Below are positions 48,480 through 57,299 of a stretch of 64,000 bases of DNA, piece after piece. The position numbers and the translations under genes were made by a program. The notes beneath the pieces are model-generated. The model was not told the DNA's origin and did no database searches. It saw only the letters and a program-made list of their open reading frames with translations. Position 1 is the stretch's first letter. Every line of letters begins with the position of its first letter. Origin of the DNA: an uncultured Chloroflexia bacterium (lineage in GTDB: Bacteria > Chloroflexota > Dehalococcoidia > UBA2979); NCBI GenBank assembly GCA_963728205.1, contig CAVSIV010000001.1:352001-416000 (forward strand), written 5' to 3'.

Positions 48480-49299
48480 TCAGGAGCCGGTCGAGCAGCT
48501 CGCGAGCGTGTTGGAGTCGCTCCCCTGGATCTCGACCTTCACGCCCGAGGGCAGGCCCGAGCTCGAGAATCTGCTGGCAGAGGGACTGTGCTTCGGACTG
48601 GTTGCTCGACGACCACGTCGTGTGCACGACGATCGCGCCGGTGCTCATGTTGACCTCGACGCTGGAAACCTGCGCGAGCTCACACTTCGCGAGGGTCTGG
48701 CCGGACGCGTCCTGGATCTCGACGTTGCGCGTGAGGAAGAGCGCGCGGCCCGACACCGCCTGGCAGAGCTGGTTGGCGAGCGACTGGCTCGTCATCGACG
48801 TCTTCAGGGTGAGCTTGCTGTGTTCCAGATCGAGCGTGAATCCCTGGACGGCGTCGACCGCCGAGGCGGGGAGCAGCTTCTGCAGCGGCCCGTTGTTCAG
48901 CAGTTCGGCCGCGGCGGAGCTCGTCGTGCCGGGGGTGCCGCTCGCGCTCGCGAACGGGGTGCTGCTGGCGCCGGCGAAGGGCGTGCTGCTCGCGCCGGCG
49001 AACGGGGTGCTGCTCGCGCCGGCGAACGGCGTGCTGCTCGCGCCGGCGAACGGCGTGCCCGTACCGAGCGCGGAGGCCGTGCCCGAGGGCATGGGCGCCA
49101 CGGTGCCAGTGCCGAGCGGGCTCGCCGTGCCGCCGGCGGCCACGGTGCCGGTGGCCAGCGCACCGCCCGTGCCGCCGGTGACGGTTGCGCTGCTCAGTGG
49201 AACGGCCTGGTTGCCGCCGCCGCCACCGTTGCTGCAGGCGACGAGCGCGGCGGCCAGGAGCGACGCCGCGACGGTCGCGAGTGCTTTCCGGGTATCCAT
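48480..49299 (-). CDS. Lipoprotein with (TPFAGASS)n linker and two tandem Cys-pair domains; frameshift near 48565
   Basis: LVAC lipobox; 24-bp coding repeats; LCQ..VEIQDASGQTLAKC is mirrored by LCQ..VEIQGSDSNTLASC only after removing one base. Confidence 0.7.
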
Positions 49300-49440
49300 G
49301 GAGCCTCCTCAGTAGCGGATGGTGGGACATGACCCGCCTGATCGAACGTATCGAGGGGGCCCTTGCGTCCGTCTCACAGGTCATGGGGAGGCGTGTCAGG
49401 TCGGTCACAACGCGCGGAGCCTCGAACGAGACCGCGACGG

Positions 49441-50652
49441 CTAGGTCGCGCGGAAGGCCCGCCGGGTGAGCAGCACGGCGAGGACGAACATCGCGGCGCC
49501 GGCGCCGCCGAGCACGGCGAAGTCCCAGGGCTCGCGCACGACGCCGCGCAGCATCACCTCCTGCGAAAGCCGGATCGCGTACGTCGCCGGCAGCACGTAG
49601 GCGATGGCGCGCACCGGCCAGCTGATGCGGTCGAGCGAGAACGCGAAGCCCGACAGGAAGATCGACGCGAGCAGGATCAGCATCGCGGTCTGCGCCGCGT
49701 GATGTTGCGAGGTGGAGAGCGTCGAGATCACGAAGCCGACGCCGAGCGAGAGAAAGACCAGCAGCACCATCGTGGCGGCCAGCAGCAGCCACGACCCGAA
49801 TACCGGCACGCCGAGCAGCCCGACCATCCCCGCGAGCAGCGCGGCGCCGGCCAGCAGCGCCAGCGTGCCGTACGAGAGGTAGTGACCGATCACGACCTCG
49901 ATCGCCCGCGCCGGCGAGACGCGAATCACGTCGGCGATGCCGAAGGCGCGAAGCCGCACGATCGACAGCGCGGCGAGCGTGATGGCGATGTGCTGCAGCA
50001 GCAGCGACAGCACGGCGGGCGCGTAGAACGTCGTGAAGGACGGCGAGTAGGAGAGCCCGGGCTTGACGTCGAGGGCATACGGCGCGCTCAGCAGCTGTGC
50101 GTCGACCGCGCCCCCGCCCCCGCCCCCATTCGAGCCGCCCGTGCCGAGAATGCCGGATGCGAGTTGCGCGGCCGTTCCCCCGTTGGCGGTCGCGTCGTGG
50201 ATCGCCTGGGCGACGGCCTGCTGGTTGAGCTCCGACACCTGTTCCTTCAGATAGAGCTGCGAGTAGCTCAGCCGCACCGGATCGATATCCCCCACGAAGA
50301 CCCGGATCGGGATGTGCTCGTTGTGCTGGAGGAACGACTGCGGGTCATCAGGCAGCAGCAGCACGGCGTCGACGTCGCCGCGCGACAGCGCTGCGCGCGC
50401 GGCCTCCAGGTTGTCGGTCGTCCCCGCGATCTTCACGTAGTCGTTCAGCGCCTGCGTGATGTGCGGATCGGCCGTGCCCTGCTCCACGAGCATGACGGAC
50501 GGCATGGGCCCGCCGATGTTCACACCCTCGCCGAACGCGAAGAGCACGAGGAACGGCCCGGCGATCACCGTGAGGATGAGCGCGGGCTGCTGGATCACCT
50601 CGGCGACCCAGCCGTGGAAGAACGCGACGGTGCGTGTGATCGGCCGGAACAT
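49441..50652 (-). CDS. ABC-2 type transporter permease
   Basis: N-terminal TM, soluble loop, FYAPAVL, SIFLSGF and LPATY motifs. Confidence 0.9.
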   Translation of the reverse strand: MFRPITRTVAFFHGWVAEVIQQPALILTVIAGPFLVLFAFGEGVNIGGPMPSVMLVEQGTADPHITQALNDYVKIAGTTDNLEAARAALSRGDVDAVLLLPDDPQSFLQHNEHIPIRVFVGDIDPVRLSYSQLYLKEQVSELNQQAVAQAIHDATANGGTAAQLASGILGTGGSNGGGGGGAVDAQLLSAPYALDVKPGLSYSPSFTTFYAPAVLSLLLQHIAITLAALSIVRLRAFGIADVIRVSPARAIEVVIGHYLSYGTLALLAGAALLAGMVGLLGVPVFGSWLLLAATMVLLVFLSLGVGFVISTLSTSQHHAAQTAMLILLASIFLSGFAFSLDRISWPVRAIAYVLPATYAIRLSQEVMLRGVVREPWDFAVLGGAGAAMFVLAVLLTRRAFRAT

Positions 50653-51629
50653 CAGCGCTCCAGCAGCCGCAGAAAGATCTCGTCGAAGCTCGCGGGCTGC
50701 GTGTCGACGGTGCGCACGTGTGCACCGTCTCGGAAGAGCAGCTCCGTGATCGCCGGCGTGGCGCGGGCGCCGTCGTCGGCGGTGATGCGCAGGGTGTCGG
50801 GCCCGACACGGCGCGCGCTGCGCACGCCGGGGAGCGCGCGGATCGCGTCGACGTGATGCTCATCGAGCCCGTCGACGGCGATCGTCACGACCTCGCCAAC
50901 GGCCGAGCGGCGGCGCAGCTCGTCGGGCGTGCCGACCGCGATCAGGCGCCCGCGGTCGAGCATGCCGATACGGTCGCAGTGCGCCGCCTCCTCGAGCAGC
51001 TGCGTGGTCACGAAGGTGGTGACGCCGCGGGCCGGCAGGGCCGTGAGGATGTCCCAGGTGGTCTTGCGCAGTGCCGGGTCGAGCCCGGCGGTGGGCTCGT
51101 CGACGACGAGCAGCTCGGGCTCGTGCAGCAGGGCGGCGCCAAGGAGGAGGCGGCGGCGCATCCCGCTCGAGAGGCGGTCGGTGCGGCGGCCGCGCGCATC
51201 CCAGAGACCGAGCGCGCGCAGGACGTCGCGAGCGCGGCGACGCCGGTGGCGCCAGCCCATGCCGTAGAGCGAGCCGACGAACATGAGGTTCGCCCACGCC
51301 GTGAGCGTGGGATAGACGAACGACTCCTGGGGCGCGTAGCCGATGCGTTCCGCGTGCCGGGCACCCGCGCCGACGGGCGCGACGCCGAGCGTGAGCGCGT
51401 GTCCGCCGCTCGGCCCGGAGAGCCCCACGACGAGGCGGACGAGCGTGGTCTTGCCGCTCCCGCTGGGTCCGATCAGGCCGAAAATCTCGCCGCGACGGAC
51501 GGTCAGCGAGACGTCCGCGAGGGCGTCGTACGCGCCGTATCGCTTGGAGACGCCGGCGAACGCGACGACGGGCACGCCGGGCGTGGCAGCGGCCGCGGCG
51601 CCGGTGGAGGGGGTCACAGACGCTGCCAT
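50652..51629 (-). CDS. ABC transporter ATP-binding protein
   Basis: GPSGSGKTT, LSSGMRRR and VDEPTAGLDP. Confidence 0.95.
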   Translation of the reverse strand: MAASVTPSTGAAAAATPGVPVVAFAGVSKRYGAYDALADVSLTVRRGEIFGLIGPSGSGKTTLVRLVVGLSGPSGGHALTLGVAPVGAGARHAERIGYAPQESFVYPTLTAWANLMFVGSLYGMGWRHRRRRARDVLRALGLWDARGRRTDRLSSGMRRRLLLGAALLHEPELLVVDEPTAGLDPALRKTTWDILTALPARGVTTFVTTQLLEEAAHCDRIGMLDRGRLIAVGTPDELRRRSAVGEVVTIAVDGLDEHHVDAIRALPGVRSARRVGPDTLRITADDGARATPAITELLFRDGAHVRTVDTQPASFDEIFLRLLER

Positions 51630-51711
51630 GACCTCACGGTAGGCGGCGCGGCGTGAACGTCCGGTTGCAGCGAAGCGGCGGGCCTCTCAGAACGCTCGCG
51701 ACCTCGGCTCG

Positions 51712-51903
51712 CTAGAGCGCTCGGGCGTCCGGGGCGCAGCGGTGCCGAAAGAGCGTGACTTCGAGCTCCTGGATGCGACGCTCGAGCGAACGCGTTGCCG
51801 AGCCGGCGCCGTGTGACAGGCGGATGTTGAGGAACAGCTCACGGGCGCGGTCGAGCTCGCGATGCTGTTCGGCGCAGTCGGGACACGTGGACGAGTTCAC
51901 CAT
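51712..51903 (-). CDS. Small hypothetical protein with CxxC and HxC
   Basis: 63 aa; CPDC, coiled-coil-like middle, HRC; weak RBS. Confidence 0.45.
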   Translation of the reverse strand: MVNSSTCPDCAEQHRELDRARELFLNIRLSHGAGSATRSLERRIQELEVTLFRHRCAPDARAL

Positions 51904-52458
51904 CGCGCAGGGACCCCCCGGGAGAGATGTGCCGACACGCGATCATCATCGGCAGCAGCGGCGAGATCTTGTGCCGGGCGCGGCAGTCCCGCCATCACGG
52001 ACGAGGCGGGTCGACGCTAGGCCGATGACGCGTAGGATGGCATGCAACCCGGCACGAATATCGTGAAATCGTTGCAGTCCGCGGTCTCTCCGCCGATGGC
52101 CGGAACCTACGCTGTTACGATTCTGTGATGTTTCGGCCCGTCGAGTTGATCGCTTCGTAACCTCCGGGCAAGAATCAAGTCGGTCGGCGCGGTCGTGTGT
52201 GCGACCTGCTTCGGCCGGGCGGGGACTCATCCCCGCGGGCTGCGGCCCGCGTTTCCGCCACTACCACCCCTGGCTCCCTCCTTTCGTCCGATCCGGGCGT
52301 GCGGGCCCTGCTGCCCGCGTGCCACGCGGTCGTGCGCCCGCGGGAGCCGGGTGAGCGGTCCCGGGTTCCTTCTCCATCGCGGGGGGTGCGCGGGGCTGAG
52401 AGGCTCGGCGCTTCCGCACGCGCGGCGCCGGAGCGGGAAGGGGCCCCCCTTGTCCACG

Positions 52459-53475
52459 ATGCGCTCGACCACGACCTCGCGACGCAAGTTCCTCGCAACG
52501 ATGGGCGGCGCCGCTGCCGCCGCCTTCCTCTCTCCGCTCGCTGCGCGCGCGGCGTCGCTCGCGAGCGACCCGAGCCGCCCGCTCGGCCCGGATGCGTCGC
52601 GGCTGGCCTGGGTGTGGAGCTTTGAGGCGGACGGCCACCCGTTCTTCGTCCGGCAGACCCTCGCGAAGCATGGCCTCGGCGTCCTCGTGAAGACGCACGA
52701 CGGCACCGACTGGATGGACGGCATCGGCGACGACTCCGGCGACGGGAGCGCCTTCGAGAACATCTCGAGGCTGGCGGACTTCTTCGAGGCCGGCGGCGTC
52801 CCGTTCCACGCGTGGGCCGTGGTGACCGGCGAGGACCCGAAGCGCGAGGCGGAGATGGCGAGCAGCGTCCTCAACTCCGGCGCGCGCAGCATGGTCTTCG
52901 ACCTCGAGTCGTACGACGGGTTCTGGGTCGGCGACGACAGCGACGCGAAGACATTCGGCCACGAGCTGCGCAAGCGGCAGCCCGCCGCGCGGCTGGCGAC
53001 GACGGTGGACGCGCGCCCGTGGGAGATCGACAACATCCCGCTGCCGCAGTTCGCGAGCTTCTCGAACGTCATCCTGCCGCAGACCTACTGGGGCATGTTC
53101 ACGAGCGACGCGAACGTCGACGAGTACCGCGGCGCGGGCTACGAGCCGCCGCACGGCCGCGTGACGCCGACCTTCGTGGTCGACACGGCGGTGAAGCACC
53201 TGTCACGCTTCTCGCGGCCGGTGGCGCCAATCGGGGACGGCAGCGTCTCGAAGAATGCGGAGTGGGCGGAGTTCCTCGAGGCGTGCGCCACGCACAAGGC
53301 GGACGGGGTGTCCGTGTGGCGCTTCGGTGTGACGGCCCCGCAGGTGTTCACGATGCTGCAGGACGGTGCGTTCTCGTTGCCCGCGTCTCCGGTGAACCCG
53401 GCGCACCCGCTGCTCAAGAACATGCCCCCGCGCGGCGGCGCGTCGGGGACGTCGGGTGGCGCGAGCGGTTGGTAG
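52459..53475 (+). CDS. Tat-exported putative glycoside hydrolase-like protein (LysM-less paralog of 6181-7362)
   Basis: SRRKFL; LAWVW, KTHDG, FDLESYDGFW, TVDARPWE, PQTYW and SVWR shared with the paralog. Confidence 0.8.
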   Translation: MRSTTTSRRKFLATMGGAAAAAFLSPLAARAASLASDPSRPLGPDASRLAWVWSFEADGHPFFVRQTLAKHGLGVLVKTHDGTDWMDGIGDDSGDGSAFENISRLADFFEAGGVPFHAWAVVTGEDPKREAEMASSVLNSGARSMVFDLESYDGFWVGDDSDAKTFGHELRKRQPAARLATTVDARPWEIDNIPLPQFASFSNVILPQTYWGMFTSDANVDEYRGAGYEPPHGRVTPTFVVDTAVKHLSRFSRPVAPIGDGSVSKNAEWAEFLEACATHKADGVSVWRFGVTAPQVFTMLQDGAFSLPASPVNPAHPLLKNMPPRGGASGTSGGASGW

Positions 53476-53532
53476 CAGGCGCCGGGGGCGCTCCGCACCG
53501 CGATGGCGGCGCCCCGGTCCAGCGGGCGCGGG

Positions 53533-53694
53533 TCAGTACCAGCGCCCCGAACGCAGGGCCGCGACCACGTTCAGCACAAGGATGATGAGGGCGGCAATCA
53601 ACAGCAGATTGATGAACGCACCCCACGCCACCGAGTAGCCGATAAACCACAACACCAGCAGCACGATGAATAACAGCCACAGCAGGCTAATCAT
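53533..53694 (-). CDS. lmo0937/DUF5670-like small membrane protein (53 aa, below track cut-off)
   Basis: MISLLWLLFIVLLVLWFIGYSVAWGAFINLLLIAALIILVLNVVAALRSGRWY; AAGGGAG RBS. Confidence 0.8.
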   Translation of the reverse strand: MISLLWLLFIVLLVLWFIGYSVAWGAFINLLLIAALIILVLNVVAALRSGRWY

Positions 53695-54065
53695 CGACGC
53701 TCTCCCTTCGCTCGTCGCGGGGGCAGAAACCGCGAGAACTGGGTATGCCTCAGGCTACCGGTGCTCCGAGACCGAACGCGGGTCACTGTAGAGCTGCAAT
53801 CGCGGTGCCGTGCGCCCCGTCTCGATCCACATCCGGACTCGCCAGTTCTTCACCAGTCGATACCACCACGGTGTTCGATGCACTGGAGCCCCCGCCTCGC
53901 GAAGTCATCACTCGAAGTTCGAGTCCAACTATCCGGTTCGCGCCGTAACGACCGCGACCGACCGCACCGATCGACCATCACAAATGCGTCACGGTTGAAT
54001 CGGGCCCCTCACCCCGTGGCGAACGGCCGCGCGTCAGCGCGCTGAGACGTGGTGCGCACGCACTG

Positions 54066-54250
54066 AGCCCGCTCACGCGTCGCTCGGCGGCTGGGTGGGC
54101 GCGCGGACCTGCTCAGCCCGCTGACGCGTCGCTTGGCGGCTCGGTGGGCGCGCGGGCGGGCTCGGTCCGCTGACGCGCGGGTTCGGCGGCTGGGTGGGCG
54201 CGCGGACCTGTGCTCAGCCGACTGACGCGCGGCTCGGCGGCTGGGTGGGC
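54066..54250. repeat. Imperfect ~50-bp tandem repeat (about 4 copies)
   Basis: GGCGGCT(G/C)GGTGGGC at 54086, 54135, 54185 and 54236, directly after the sortase stop. Confidence 0.85.
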
Positions 54251-54990
54251 TATGGCACTCGCTGCGCGCGCACGACCAGCCGGTCGGAGTACTCGCGCGT
54301 GGTCCAGCTGAAGTCGCCGGTGCAGGTGTAGAGCGTGATCGCGTCGCCGCCGGTGTCGCTACCGAACAGCTGCTGCCAGTCCCCGCCGTTCGCATGCACC
54401 TGCTGCTTCCACTGCACCGCGTAGCGCAGCGTCTTGCCCTGGTAGTCGATCTCGATCACGTCGCCGGGCGAGAGCAGCGAAAGGCTGCCGAACACGCCCT
54501 TCCCGCGATAGAGCACGCCGTCCGCGTAGGGGATGTGCGCGAAGTAGTCGACGTGCCCGGCGATGATCGCGTTGCCGCCCTCGCCCGGCACCCCGCCGAG
54601 CGCCGGGTAGCGCGACAGGTCGTACCAGGTCGCCTCGACCGGGTTGGTCGCCGCCGGCATGTCGCCGTTCGCGTCGACGGTGGCGCGCGCGACGGGCGCG
54701 TCGACGCCGAGCACCGGGATCTTGATGCGCGCGAAGGTCGCGTCGGGGGGTTCGCCGAATCGCTTCACCAGGTCCGCGACGGACGTGATCTCCTCACCGG
54801 GCGCCGCGGTCGCCAATCCGGTCGCCGTGCCGTCGGCGGGCGTGGTGGTGCCGGTGGTGGTCGCGCCGAGCACGCGGCCGACGTGCGCGCAGCCACCGAG
54901 CAGCACGGCCGCCGCGAGGAGCACGACCGCCGCGGCAGCGGCGCGCCGCGAGAAGCGTCGCGCAGGAAGGGGCAGCGTGGTGCCGTCCAT
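54250..54990 (-). CDS. Class F-type sortase (lipoprotein)
   Basis: GNAIIAGHVD (His), ITLYTC (Cys), DRLVVRA (Arg); LGGC lipobox. Confidence 0.92.
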   Translation of the reverse strand: MDGTTLPLPARRFSRRAAAAAVVLLAAAVLLGGCAHVGRVLGATTTGTTTPADGTATGLATAAPGEEITSVADLVKRFGEPPDATFARIKIPVLGVDAPVARATVDANGDMPAATNPVEATWYDLSRYPALGGVPGEGGNAIIAGHVDYFAHIPYADGVLYRGKGVFGSLSLLSPGDVIEIDYQGKTLRYAVQWKQQVHANGGDWQQLFGSDTGGDAITLYTCTGDFSWTTREYSDRLVVRAQRVP

Positions 54991-55237
54991 GGAGTCCGCC
55001 CGTCGTGGTCGCGTTCGAGGCGACCACGTGCCGCCCGGACGCCTGAACCGTGCTGTGACCTTCAACAATCTCATGAGCGCCCGTGTTCGGCGCGTGCGTC
55101 GCGCCAGCGATGTCGTGCGTGTTCGCCCGCGTCCGCTGCCGGGGGCCTGCGCACCGATTGCCCGGGTCAACGGAACGCGCGCGGGGGCTGCACCGTTACG
55201 AAGACGGGTCGAGAGGCGCATGAAGGGAACCCACACC

Positions 55238-55393
55238 ATGGCCGACATGCAATGCGATCGCTGCCACGCGCGCGCGGCCGACGTTCGCTACGACGGGCGG
55301 CGGCTGTGTGCGGACTGCTACGCGCTGCACCGTCGCCGCCGGGACCGCGAGCAGGAAGCCTGGCTGGCGGAGCGCGCAAGCGGGGCCGTCTGA
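55238..55393 (+). CDS. Small zinc-finger-like protein (51 aa)
   Basis: CDRC..YDGRRLCADC..REQEAWL; paralog at 55867. Confidence 0.7.
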   Translation: MADMQCDRCHARAADVRYDGRRLCADCYALHRRRRDREQEAWLAERASGAV

Positions 55394-55541
55394 GGCGCGC
55401 ATCACGCCCGGAGCGGCGCTCGCGCGGTTTCGGGCTCCCGGGGGCGGGGAGGCGTTTGCCCGGTGTTCGCGATACGGATCCCCCGCCGCTGTTGCGCTTT
55501 CGTCATGGACTGTCCCGTAGTCTCCGCCCGGATTGGCAGCC

Positions 55542-55796
55542 ATGACGAACCCGGTGGATAGCGACGCGATGAACGAACTTGCGAATCCGGTCACCCGGCG
55601 GCGGCGCATTGGGCACCGCCTGCGCTGGTGGCGTCAACGCAGGCATCTCTCGCAGGCCGAGCTGGCTCGGCGCATCGGGGTCACGCAGTCGACGCTGTCG
55701 CACTACGAGTCGGGGAAGCGTGACCCGACGCTGGGGATTTTCATTGCGCTCGTTGAGGAGCTCGAGGTCGATCCCAGGGAGATCATGAAGCCGTGA
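55542..55796 (+). CDS. XRE-family HTH regulator
   Basis: IGHRLR..LSQAELARRIGVTQSTLSHYESGKRDP. Confidence 0.92.
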   Translation: MTNPVDSDAMNELANPVTRRRRIGHRLRWWRQRRHLSQAELARRIGVTQSTLSHYESGKRDPTLGIFIALVEELEVDPREIMKP

Positions 55797-55866
55797 GATC
55801 GCCGCGATGTGAGCGCATGTCACGTTGTTGCGGGCCGAGCGGCCGACAGGAAGAAGAGGCCACACG

Positions 55867-56044
55867 GTGGGGGACTGCAACCAGTGTCATGAACGCGCGC
55901 CGGAGATCCGCTTCGACGGGCGACTCCTCTGCATCACGTGCTACGAGGACCGGCGGCAGCGGCAGGCACGCGAAGCAGGAGGCCTGGCTGACGAGCCGCT
56001 CGCGCGAGCGGTCGGCCCCCGAGGCGCTCGCCCGCGAGTCCTAG
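55867..56044 (+). pseudogene. Small zinc-finger-like protein, paralog of 55238; one extra base near 55973
   Basis: CNQC..FDGRLLCITC..RE, then QEAWL in the +1 frame, ending TAG 56044. Confidence 0.65.
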
Positions 56045-57231
56045 GCGGCGCGCGGCTCGCTCGGCATCACGTCACGCCCGGCGCGCCTGCGCCGGGCGTC
56101 GTCGATCCCGAGCACCGCTCGCGCCGGCCGGCCCCCCAGCCGGGCGGCAGCGACGACGGCCGCGATGGCCGCACCGCCGCCCACCACGTACAGCCCCGCC
56201 ACGAGCTCGAGGTAGTCCGTCGGTAGTCGGCCGAGGAAGACGCGCGTCGACAGCGCACCGATGAAGAACGGCTTGTGCACGAGGAAGATCGCGAAGGCGT
56301 ACGGCCCGAGGGCCTCCAGCGGCGCAAGCAGGCGCGCCGCGCGGCGCCGCGCCTGCAGCCCCGCGACCACCGAGGGGTACACCACGAGCGCGCACGCGCT
56401 GCTCAGGAAGACGGTCACCCCGAAGTAGCTCTCCGGGTAGTAGCCGGTGAGCGCGCCGCGCAGCAGGTAGACGGCCATGCAGGCGGCCATGCCACCGCCC
56501 GCTGCCAGCGCCGCCCTCGCGCTCCACGCGGGCGCGCCGCGCCGGCGCGCGACGTACAGCCCGAACACGTAGAAGAAGACCCAGGCGAGCGGGTTGCGGT
56601 ACGCGAGCTCCGAGCCGTCCAGTCCGCGCGCCCCATGCACCCCGTGCCACTGGTAGAACGCGATCATGGCGAGGTTCGCCGCGAACGCGACCGTCGCAGC
56701 GCCCCCGAGGCGGCGCGGCGACCACCAGCGCAACGGGTACACCACGACCATCAACGCGAGCAGCACCGCGAGGTAGTAGTACTGCCCGCTCACGTTGAAC
56801 GTGACGAAGTCGCGCACCGGCGAGCCTGAGCCGCCGCCCCGCCAGGCGTTCCACGCGAGGATCGCGGTCATCCAGAACAGCGTCGGGAGCAGGATGCGCC
56901 GGGTGCGGCGCCGCGCGTAGGTGCGGGCGTCCGGCGCGGAGTCGCGCGCCAGCAGGAAGCCCGACATGTAGAGGAAGACCGGCACCGCGCCGTCGGCGAC
57001 GATGCGCAGCGCGTGCACCAGGAGTGCCTCGGGCGCCGACGTGCTCGGCCACAGGCCGAAGTCGGCGTGGAGGAAGATCACCCAGAGAATCGCCGCGCCG
57101 CGCATGACGTCGAACTCCGCGATATACCGGCGGAGCCCCCGGGTGGCGGCGTCCGGCGGCGGCGCGCCGGCGTGGCCCGAGCGGCCGTTCGCGCCCTCGT
57201 CCGACGGCGGTCGACGCAGGTAGCGCCGCAC
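56041..57231 (-). CDS. Acyltransferase 3 (OafA-like) membrane protein
   Basis: FDVMRGAAILWVIFLH, AVPVFLYMSGF, QYYYL and AFAIFLVH; start uncertain. Confidence 0.88.
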   Translation of the reverse strand: MRRYLRRPPSDEGANGRSGHAGAPPPDAATRGLRRYIAEFDVMRGAAILWVIFLHADFGLWPSTSAPEALLVHALRIVADGAVPVFLYMSGFLLARDSAPDARTYARRRTRRILLPTLFWMTAILAWNAWRGGGSGSPVRDFVTFNVSGQYYYLAVLLALMVVVYPLRWWSPRRLGGAATVAFAANLAMIAFYQWHGVHGARGLDGSELAYRNPLAWVFFYVFGLYVARRRGAPAWSARAALAAGGGMAACMAVYLLRGALTGYYPESYFGVTVFLSSACALVVYPSVVAGLQARRRAARLLAPLEALGPYAFAIFLVHKPFFIGALSTRVFLGRLPTDYLELVAGLYVVGGGAAIAAVVAAARLGGRPARAVLGIDDARRRRAGRDVMPSEPRAA

Positions 57232-57299
57232 GCCGTCGCGCCACGGCGGACTGGCGGCGCGGCGCGAGTGCGAACGGGAGCGCTTCCCGGCGCGCGGGA

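Noticed and set aside
48950-49060. 24-bp repeat as a non-coding array
   Set aside because: In-frame coding repeat (TPFAGASS) within a lipoprotein linker
53700-54060. Short ORFs or an ncRNA in the lower-GC gap
   Set aside because: No RBS, codon pattern or RNA motif I can support
54066-54250. Degenerate mini-CRISPR
   Set aside because: Whole units are similar along their length; no unique spacers or leader
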